The notes below the pieces were generated by a model. The model made no database searches and was not told where the DNA came from. It was given only the letters and a program-made list of their open reading frames with translations. A program made the translations under genes and the position numbers. A stretch of DNA of 10,577 nt from a virus (lineage: Duplodnaviria; Heunggongvirae; Uroviricota; Caudoviricetes). Within the stretch, counting starts at the first letter, position 1. Each line of letters starts with the position of its first letter. Of this stretch, positions 1-5,180 are shown piece after piece. Location: positions 1 through 10,577 of IMG/VR virus record IMGVR_UViG_2744054675_000008. One strand, 5' to 3'.

Positions 1-195
1 TTAATAGTTCTGCTGATTTTCTTCCATCTCTGCTTCTGCTGCCAGTGATTCAATTTTATCTGCGAATATTGCTGACAGTGTTGCAAATTCAGCATCAGTG
101 ACAGCGGGAATTGGAACAAACCTGATCCCGCTGTGTGCAAGCATGTTTGCAGTTTCAAGGCATTTCCTTAAATCTGCTGGTGATGCCCTGTTCAT
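1..195 (-). CDS. Hypothetical small phage protein (64 aa), last gene of the leftward operon in this window
   Basis: Complete ORF (ATG at 195-193, TAA at 3-1). Its ATG overlaps the TGA of the upstream methyltransferase gene (ATGA overlap), suggesting translational coupling. No family recognised. Confidence 0.45.
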   Translation of the reverse strand: MNRASPADLRKCLETANMLAHSGIRFVPIPAVTDAEFATLSAIFADKIESLAAEAEMEENQQNY

Positions 196-842
196 GCTGC
201 ACGCTCCCGTCCCTGGTTGTCTGTTGGTGACAGCGGAGAATTGCTGAATGCATTTGTTAATCCGCCAATATCCAACGCGTATCCGGGGTGTAGTTGCACT
301 GCCGGGTCTTCACACTGATTACCCCAAACATCGAAGCCATGAGACGTCTGGCGGGCGAACAGTTCAATGCGAGAAACATCGCCTAACAATTGCACAAGTT
401 TTTCACGAACGATATCTGGTTTTCTTGAATGCTCAAGCCGCGGTGCGGTAAATGACTGAACGATCCCTGCATTAATGCGCGTAGGTAGTTTTCCCTTTAC
501 CGCAAACAGGCAATCTTCACTATTGGCGCGAGTCATGTGTCCCATACCCATAACCAGTTTATCTGGTTGTCGACTACCACATTTTATCCACGTGAAGCCA
601 TTCATGGTCATCAGACGGAATCCCCAGGCTTCAACAACTTTTAGTGCTTCGAGTGGTTGTGTTGGCACCCACCACATGGCCAACAGACAGTTTTCAGCGG
701 TCAAATCCCACACAGGAAGGCGGCAGATATCCAGCACACTCATAACTGGATATTTAAAACAGGCACCGCGATTACCATCTGCGGCTTTGTCCCGGTATAC
801 CCAGGGTGGATCTGCATAGATTAGTGTGTATTTCTTAGTCAT
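192..842 (-). CDS. MT-A70 family DNA N6-adenine methyltransferase (orphan, phage Dam-like)
   Basis: N-terminal MTKKYTLIYADPPWVY contains the DPPW catalytic motif near the N-terminus, as in MT-A70-type phage adenine methyltransferases; EHSRKP segment later. ATG at 842-840 overlaps the upstream ORF stop (ATGACTAA). The ORF track begins at an in-frame GTG at 854; ATG at 842 preferred. No restriction endonuclease partner in the window. Confidence 0.8.
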   Translation of the reverse strand: MTKKYTLIYADPPWVYRDKAADGNRGACFKYPVMSVLDICRLPVWDLTAENCLLAMWWVPTQPLEALKVVEAWGFRLMTMNGFTWIKCGSRQPDKLVMGMGHMTRANSEDCLFAVKGKLPTRINAGIVQSFTAPRLEHSRKPDIVREKLVQLLGDVSRIELFARQTSHGFDVWGNQCEDPAVQLHPGYALDIGGLTNAFSNSPLSPTDNQGRERAA

Positions 843-1134
843 AAACCACCCCACAACATCCTATGCCGCTATAGTCGCCACGGCGAAGGCCGTTACCTTT
901 TGTGATACATTGGTCCCTGCGAACCGCGATCCTTGCACGTTCAACATCACCAGAAGCAACATCCATACACTGAAGCCAAAGGTGAGCGGCAATGCGGAAT
1001 TGCCCTTTTTTCTCTCTTTCAATCGCGCGTTTTTCGATCTCTATCGCCGCAGGAGTAACGGCGACAATCTTTGACGGACTGCGCATTGAAACCTTATTCA
1101 TGTGATATTTTTCAAGTCGGCTTAACTTTCTCAC
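835..1134 (-). CDS. Hypothetical phage protein (83-99 aa depending on start)
   Basis: ORF whose stop overlaps the methyltransferase start. Start uncertain: GTG at 1134 preceded by GAGAGGG, or ATG at 1086 preceded by AAGG. No family recognised. Confidence 0.4.
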   Translation of the reverse strand: MRKLSRLEKYHMNKVSMRSPSKIVAVTPAAIEIEKRAIEREKKGQFRIAAHLWLQCMDVASGDVERARIAVRRDQCITKGNGLRRGDYSGIGCCGVVYD

Positions 1135-1243
1135 TTAATCCAACCCTCTCTGAAAATTAATGCCAGCAGATAAAGCCATGCTGAAACAGAGGCCAGGAAT
1201 AAGTACCAGCCTGACCATTTGCTCCAGTGCCTTAGCAGCGCAC

Positions 1244-1492
1244 TCATGCAGCGTTGCTCACAGGACGATATACACGTTGCTGAACAGGAGGTTTTTTACC
1301 CTGGAACTCTGCCGGGCTTGCTGCCTGACGTTCATCAAGCCAACGCTCAACTTCATCACGGTTCCATGCGCAGCGTTTGTCAGTGATATACCAGCGTTTA
1401 GGAAATTCCCCTGCGCGCTCCATACGGTCGATAGTGCTCCATGACAGTGGCACCACCGCCAGGAGTTCCTTCTTACCTAATGCACCTTTCAT
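1244..1492 (-). CDS. AlpA/Xis-family helix-turn-helix DNA-binding protein (phage transcriptional regulator or excisionase-like)
   Basis: 82 aa; segment LLAVVPLSWSTIDRMERAGEFPKRWYITDKRCAWNRDEVERWLDER matches the AlpA/excisionase-type winged-HTH pattern (S-x-S/T-I-x-R, FPKP-like, W-x-x-x-E-V-x-x-W). Shine-Dalgarno AGAGAGG upstream of the ATG. Confidence 0.65.
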   Translation of the reverse strand: MKGALGKKELLAVVPLSWSTIDRMERAGEFPKRWYITDKRCAWNRDEVERWLDERQAASPAEFQGKKPPVQQRVYRPVSNAA

Positions 1493-1514
1493 AAATACCT
1501 CTCTTGGTTGCAGT

Positions 1515-1533
1515 GCGGCGCGCGTGGCGCCGC
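1515..1533. other. GC-rich perfect hairpin (7-bp stem GCGGCGC / GCGCCGC, 5-nt loop) between the annealing-protein gene and the AlpA-like gene; no U-tract on either strand
   Basis: Inverted repeat read directly: GCGGCGC gcgtg GCGCCGC at 1515-1533. Confidence 0.5.
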
Positions 1534-1541
1534 GGTGGTGG

Positions 1542-2423
1542 TTACATAGATGTTTCGTTTAATTCTTCCCGACGAACGCTGTAAACGTCGGTGGCTTTTG
1601 CCAGCAGTTCTTCATCATCTGAAAGTTTTTGTGCAATGTATTTGTAAGCCTTATCCAGTTCGGAGACAGTGCTGTAATTCATCGCTGCGCTGGTAAAGGC
1701 CATCAGCATTTCTTCTGGATCACGGCTATCCGCTTTACGCGTTTGCTCATCAGGCTTTTTCGCTGGTTTAGCGTTGATCAGACTGTTCATTCCCGCAGCA
1801 GTGGTCGTTTGCGGAGTAATGTCTCGCTCAACGCGCGGTGCCGTTTCCTGTAATTCGTCAGGGGTGTAAACACCGAGAAGTACATCAGGAGCGTGCAGGC
1901 GAGCCCATCGTTTCGTGCAAAGATAGGCAAGCTGCTGGCGCGGATCCTGTTCCCACAATGGAGAGTTACGCACTCCGGCTTGCGCCATACTGATGGTAAG
2001 CTCACGGGGTTCTGCTTCTCCTTTAAGAACTGCTGACACAGTTACCGTCAGATTCGGTGATTTATCTGTTTTGCCGTTAACATTCGACCAGTCACCGCTC
2101 CAGCGATAATTCAGGCGTGTCGCTAGCAGGCTGGAAGAGGATACGACCGCGTTTACCAACTGTGCTTCGTAGCCTAACGTTCCGTTTACCACATGCGTTT
2201 TCTGCGCCACGGCGAAAGGATTCATTCCCCACTGTGCCGCCTGCATGGTCACCGCCAGACAATCGGCAGGTTTGCCTTCAAGATGTTTCGGTACAGTCGC
2301 TTTGCTTTGTGACATCAACTCCGCGAAACGCACCAGTTGATTCATGCCCTCCGGGCTGAAGATTGCCGCAGCAGTACCTACAGTTGCGCCTGGTTGTGAT
2401 GTGATTGCGATATCATTGCTCAT
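1542..2423 (-). CDS. Phage single-strand annealing protein, Red-beta (Bet) family recombinase
   Basis: 293 aa. C-terminal region matches lambda Bet as I recall it (…ARL…Y…DE…ERDITP motif) and an N-terminal segment resembles the Bet core. ATGA overlap with the upstream exonuclease gene, AGGA Shine-Dalgarno. Family assignment from memory, not from a search. Confidence 0.7.
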   Translation of the reverse strand: MSNDIAITSQPGATVGTAAAIFSPEGMNQLVRFAELMSQSKATVPKHLEGKPADCLAVTMQAAQWGMNPFAVAQKTHVVNGTLGYEAQLVNAVVSSSSLLATRLNYRWSGDWSNVNGKTDKSPNLTVTVSAVLKGEAEPRELTISMAQAGVRNSPLWEQDPRQQLAYLCTKRWARLHAPDVLLGVYTPDELQETAPRVERDITPQTTTAAGMNSLINAKPAKKPDEQTRKADSRDPEEMLMAFTSAAMNYSTVSELDKAYKYIAQKLSDDEELLAKATDVYSVRREELNETSM

Positions 2424-3241
2424 ACGTACATATCCTGTTTACGTGCCCAGTCAGGGCGTTTAATAATTTCCACTCCGCCCCACTCATCGTTGATGCGGCA
2501 TTCGTGATAGGTATTCAGATCCCGGCGGAACAGAGCGTGCCCGGCATCGACATCCGGCGCATCCAGCTCGAACACGCGTACCGGATACCGACCACAATCA
2601 ATGCTTTCGCTCACGGCAAGAAAGAAAAAACCATGCGGCTGACCAGTAACCTTCATTGCGCCTTCGCGGTACATTGCGTCCTGCACGTGGTAGCGGAATT
2701 CCTCGATGTGGCGTGCAAAACGGTCCATATCTGCAACCTTTTTCACGTCGACGATCACGTTGTGCTCGTTCAGCCATTTGTCTGGACGAATGCGGCACAA
2801 CTCACCAGTCTCTTCATCGTTCCAGTACATTGATGCTTCGCAGTAACCAGGTGCTTCCAGCATCCAGCGTGCAGCCGGGTGAGCCATTGCGCTATCACGC
2901 ATCAGCTCCAGTTTTCGCCACTGCTCGACATCAAGTACCGTAATACCCATATCCGCCACATCACGAAGAAATGCTTCTTCGTCAGCTTTACCTTGTTTTG
3001 TCCGACGATCGAATTTCGGTGAAACAATGAAGCGTTTGTCGAACTCTCCAGGCTCCAGAAGCAGACAGTGCAATGCGGTTCCCATATCCAGTGCAGACTT
3101 TTTCTCTTCGTCTTCTGGTGCTGCCTGAACCCATTTAAGAAGCGCCGGATTCTTGGCAACCATGTCCAGTTGCGACTTACTCACGCCGTCACCGGCGTGG
3201 TAGTCTTCGTTGCTGATGTCGAAATAAATTCCCGGTTTCAT
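2420..3241 (-). CDS. RecB-family PD-(D/E)XK exonuclease (RecE C-terminal-domain-like phage exonuclease)
   Basis: 273 aa. Motifs in order: RPD (Asp), IVDVKKV (D-x-K) and QDAMY (QxxxY) characteristic of RecB-like nucleases. Sits immediately upstream of and overlaps the annealing-protein gene, the classic exo/annealase pair. GAGGGA Shine-Dalgarno. Confidence 0.7.
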   Translation of the reverse strand: MKPGIYFDISNEDYHAGDGVSKSQLDMVAKNPALLKWVQAAPEDEEKKSALDMGTALHCLLLEPGEFDKRFIVSPKFDRRTKQGKADEEAFLRDVADMGITVLDVEQWRKLELMRDSAMAHPAARWMLEAPGYCEASMYWNDEETGELCRIRPDKWLNEHNVIVDVKKVADMDRFARHIEEFRYHVQDAMYREGAMKVTGQPHGFFFLAVSESIDCGRYPVRVFELDAPDVDAGHALFRRDLNTYHECRINDEWGGVEIIKRPDWARKQDMYV

Positions 3242-3537
3242 GCCGCGTCCCTCTGTCCATCAAGCTGATCCGCCAGATCCCAGCGGGCGATAATTGCCAT
3301 TGCCTCTCGCCGATAGGCATCCATCAGTTCTTCGAACTCAGGGCTGTCTTTAGCAGCCTCCAGTACTTCCTGACGAACGCCTTTGCCTGTTACAACGTCG
3401 AAAGTTGAGGACAGTTGATGAAGTCGGATGCTCTCAATCAGTTCAACTTGTCGGTCATATAGCTGTTCTGACAGGCGGTAGTCCTTGTCGAATGCCAGCA
3501 TGATTTTTTGAAGATTTTTCTGCTGATTAACGTTCAT
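3238..3537 (-). CDS. Hypothetical phage protein (99 aa from the ATG at 3537), upstream of the exonuclease gene
   Basis: In-frame ATGs at 3552 and 3537; the one at 3537 is preceded by GGGAGGG at ideal spacing. Stop overlaps the exonuclease start (ATGA). No family recognised; position is where Gam/Kil-type accessory genes sit in lambdoid phages. Confidence 0.5.
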   Translation of the reverse strand: MNVNQQKNLQKIMLAFDKDYRLSEQLYDRQVELIESIRLHQLSSTFDVVTGKGVRQEVLEAAKDSPEFEELMDAYRREAMAIIARWDLADQLDGQRDAA

Positions 3538-3539
3538 TA

Positions 3540-3692
3540 TCAGCCCTCCCATATCTCGTTATCGTTGGCCACATCGCGAGCTTCTTTGCTGACGAAAGCC
3601 CACTTAATGCCTTCCTGTAAGGTGCGGAACTTCCAGCTCATGAATCCGCATGCAGTAACGCAGTACCAACCGTTGATGATTTTCCACTGCAT
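3540..3692 (-). CDS. Small ORF (50 aa, MQWKIINGWYCVTACGFMSWKFRTLQEGIKWAFVSKEARDVANDNEIWEG), first gene downstream of the predicted PL; not in the supplied ORF track
   Basis: ATG at 3692-3690 preceded by GAGGT with 8-nt spacing; stop TGA at 3542-3540 overlaps the start region of the next gene. Translation verified codon by codon. Trp/Cys rich, not Arg rich. Confidence 0.5.
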   Translation of the reverse strand: MQWKIINGWYCVTACGFMSWKFRTLQEGIKWAFVSKEARDVANDNEIWEG

Positions 3693-3710
3693 AACTTGTT
3701 ACCTCGGTCT

Positions 3711-3727
3711 GTTACCGTTTAGGTAAT
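3711..3727. promoter_or_regulatory. Operator site OL-a (GTTACC gttta GGTAAT), overlapping -10/+1 of predicted PL
   Basis: 17-bp inverted repeat of the RTTACC-N5-GGTAAY family, seen 7 times in three intergenic clusters. Confidence 0.6.
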
Positions 3728-3754
3728 AATTATGCGTATTTGGTTTGATGTCAA
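3726..3754 (-). promoter_or_regulatory. Predicted leftward early promoter (PL-like): -35 TTGACA, 17-bp spacer, -10 AATTAT
   Basis: Consensus -35 hexamer read on minus strand (plus 3754-3749) and a -10 with the conserved A and T positions (plus 3731-3726); flanked by two operators. Confidence 0.5.
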
Positions 3755-3772
3755 TAGATATGAGTTAAAAAA

Positions 3773-3789
3773 ATTACCCATTAGGTAAT
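3773..3789. promoter_or_regulatory. Operator site OL-b (ATTACC catta GGTAAT), perfect palindrome upstream of the PL -35
   Basis: Perfect 6-bp inverted arms with 5-bp spacer; centre is 62 bp from the OL-a centre. Confidence 0.6.
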
Positions 3790-3795
3790 AGTATA

Positions 3796-3826
3796 GGCAA
3801 TAAAAAAGCCGCCAGAAGGCGGCTTA
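3796..3826 (-). terminator. Rho-independent terminator of the repressor gene
   Basis: On the minus strand: stem AAGCCGCC / GGCGGCUU with UUCU loop followed by UUUUUUAUU; the repressor stop codon lies in the stem. Confidence 0.7.
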
Positions 3827-4429
3827 CTTACTGAAAAGTATTATTTTATTGTTTGTTTTTTCGTTCTGGTTGATGACAAATTCACTGTAACTTTCGATCT
3901 TTGCTTTCTCGGTTTCAGGTAACAATGCGTAGCGCGAGCGGTCATAGTTGATAGTTGCAGGGTCGTGCGGGTGAATCAGTAGTTCATATCCGTGACGCCC
4001 GAATGCAGATGCAACATTCTCCAGGGTGGAAATGGAAACGCTGACCTCATTGTTTAACAGGCGGCTGATTGTCACCTGGGCGACGCCGGATGCGCGGTGA
4101 AGTTTTCCCTGTGTTGAAAGGTCGCGGCTTTCGCTCATCCAGCGTTCCAGGTTGTGAGCCGCCAGCTGACCAATGTCGCTTGGGCCGACAGGCTGAAAAC
4201 CTTCCTGAGAAAGCGAGCGATCGATATCAAGCCAGTTACGGGGTTTATTGGCGGCAGCTTCAATTTTTCGCGCAACCTGGTCGCCGATAACCTTCTTGCC
4301 AAGAGCCCAGCGGTTTACCAGATTTGCCTGAGTTCCAAGTTTTTCAGCCATCCGCGTCTGAACACCATTGAATTCACGGTCGATCAAGTCGTTGAGATTT
4401 TGCCTGCGGACGTCCTGGATACTTTTCAT
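3824..4429 (-). CDS. Prophage repressor (CI-functional analogue) with two HTH_XRE-like domains and no LexA-like peptidase domain
   Basis: 201 aa. N-terminal segment GVQTRMAEKLGTQANLVNRWALGKKVIGDQVARKIE and C-terminal segment ASGVAQVTISRLLNNEVSVSISTLENVASAFG both fit the XRE-type HTH pattern. No GDSM-type Ser/Lys autocleavage motifs. Divergent from the Cro-like gene, flanked by operator clusters and followed by a terminator. No obvious Shine-Dalgarno. Confidence 0.7.
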   Translation of the reverse strand: MKSIQDVRRQNLNDLIDREFNGVQTRMAEKLGTQANLVNRWALGKKVIGDQVARKIEAAANKPRNWLDIDRSLSQEGFQPVGPSDIGQLAAHNLERWMSESRDLSTQGKLHRASGVAQVTISRLLNNEVSVSISTLENVASAFGRHGYELLIHPHDPATINYDRSRYALLPETEKAKIESYSEFVINQNEKTNNKIILFSK

Positions 4430-4483
4430 TTTCTGGAAAATCGCCTCATATATGAATCAGTAGATGATTCAATTTAAAGCAAT

Positions 4484-4500
4484 ATTACCCAATAGGTAAA
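4484..4500. promoter_or_regulatory. Operator site OR-1 (ATTACC caata GGTAAA)
   Basis: Member of the 17-bp inverted-repeat family in the repressor/Cro intergenic region. Confidence 0.55.
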
Positions 4501-4517
4501 TGCACCCCATAGGTAAC
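4501..4517. promoter_or_regulatory. Operator site OR-2, degenerate (tgcACC ccata GGTAAC), abutting OR-1
   Basis: One perfect half-site (GGTAAC) and a partial one; centre 17 bp from the OR-1 centre. Confidence 0.4.
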
Positions 4518-4522
4518 TATCC

Positions 4523-4558
4523 TTGATTTTTGTTACCTTATGGGTGAATATTTATTAT
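4523..4558 (+). promoter_or_regulatory. Predicted rightward early promoter (PR-like) for the Cro-like gene; exact hexamers ambiguous
   Basis: Candidates: -35 TTGTTA (4530-4535) with -10 TATTAT (4553-4558) at 17-bp spacing, or -35 TTGATT (4523-4528) with -10 GAATAT. Both overlap operator OR-3. Confidence 0.45.
4532..4548. promoter_or_regulatory. Operator site OR-3 (GTTACC ttatg GGTGAA), overlapping PR
   Basis: Perfect left half-site, partial right half-site; mirror image of OR-2. Confidence 0.5.
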
Positions 4559-4583
4559 CTGAAATAAATATCAGGCAATAGCT

Positions 4584-4814
4584 ATGAGCGATAACGGACA
4601 TTTCGATTTCAAAAAGCACTGGCTTGCACTTACTCCGGATGAGCGTGAAGCCTTCGCACAGGAAGCCGGAACGACGAGTCATTATATCCAGACTCACTTA
4701 ACAGGTAAGCGCAAAATGCCAGGTAAAGTATTGATGAATGGGCTTTTTAAAGCCTGTAAAACAAGACAATGGCTGCGCTCAAAAGCAGAACTGGCATACT
4801 TCTTCTACTCATGA
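4584..4814 (+). CDS. Cro-like small HTH regulator (76 aa), divergent from the repressor gene
   Basis: Position (first gene of the rightward operon) and a central HTH-like segment FAQEAGTTSHYIQTHLTGKRKMPGKVL. Family not identified beyond Cro/YdaS-like resemblance. Confidence 0.55.
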   Translation: MSDNGHFDFKKHWLALTPDEREAFAQEAGTTSHYIQTHLTGKRKMPGKVLMNGLFKACKTRQWLRSKAELAYFFYS

Positions 4815-4836
4815 TATCCAGCTACAACCCTCTGTA

Positions 4837-4860
4837 GACCGCCACCCGGCGGTCTTTTCA
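4837..4860 (+). terminator. Rho-independent terminator just downstream of the Cro-like gene (tR1-like position)
   Basis: Stem GACCGCC / GGCGGTC (7 bp, perfect) with ACCC loop followed by TTTTCATAT; preceded by a second small stem-loop CTACA accctc TGTAG (4822-4837). Confidence 0.7.
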
Positions 4861-4963
4861 TATCTATTCGTACCTCAAAGGTAATAAAAAACCAAATGTG
4901 GTTGATCTTTTTTTTGTGTCAGCACAAAATGACCGTAATCCCAATACCAATAACAGGGCTTAC

Positions 4964-5165
4964 CATGGAAATCATTACACGTATTGATGCCGCAAAGCGC
5001 GGACTTAAACGCTACTACACCGGAAAAACATGTAAGCACGGACATGACAGTGAACGCTGGGTTTACAACGGACACTGTGTTGAGTGCACCATGGAATCAA
5101 ACCGTCGTATCAGGGCAGAGATTAAGCAGATCATGATTAATTCCTCCCCACAACATTCAAGCTGA
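4964..5165 (+). CDS. Small zinc-ribbon-like protein (66 aa) at the cII position; function unknown
   Basis: ATG at 4964 preceded by AGGG at 6-nt spacing (the ORF track's longer 4896 start lacks a Shine-Dalgarno). Sequence TGKTCKHGHDSERWVYNGHCVECT carries C-x2-H-x-H and H-C-x2-C, suggestive of metal binding. Confidence 0.5.
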
Positions 5166-5180
5166 TAGCGGAGATTAATC

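Noticed and set aside
248-819. Plus-strand track ORFs 248-451 and 475-819
   Set aside because: They lie entirely inside the minus-strand methyltransferase gene, which has a catalytic motif and coupled neighbours; no Shine-Dalgarno or family resemblance. Shadow ORFs.
842-854. GTG at 854 as the methyltransferase start (track) and ATG at 5978 as the P start (track)
   Set aside because: Downstream in-frame starts (ATG 842; GTG 5993) have better Shine-Dalgarno context and give the classic overlaps with the upstream stop codons. Kept as alternatives only.
1160-1444. Plus-strand track ORF 1160-1444 (94 aa)
   Set aside because: Antisense to the AlpA-like gene, whose product has a recognisable HTH pattern; treated as a shadow ORF.
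1525-1536. Chi-like sequence GCGGTGGTGG near the GC hairpin
   Set aside because: Not an exact Chi octamer (GCTGGTGG); one mismatch.
1629-3268. Track ORFs antisense to or nested in the recombination genes (1629-1853, 1787-2005, 2117-2359, 2405-2833, 2598-2798, 2656-2943, 2902-3159, 3068-3268)
   Set aside because: All overlap the exonuclease or annealing-protein genes on the other strand or in another frame; low-complexity or Arg/Cys-rich translations typical of non-coding frames.
3540-3692. The 50-aa first gene of the leftward operon as an N-type antiterminator
   Set aside because: No Arg-rich RNA-binding motif and too short; no boxA/boxB-like nut elements seen nearby.
4430-4583. LexA (SOS) box in the immunity region or upstream of the small right-end genes
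   Set aside because: No CTGT-N8-ACAG match found by eye in the intergenic regions; SOS control, if any, must lie outside the window or act indirectly.
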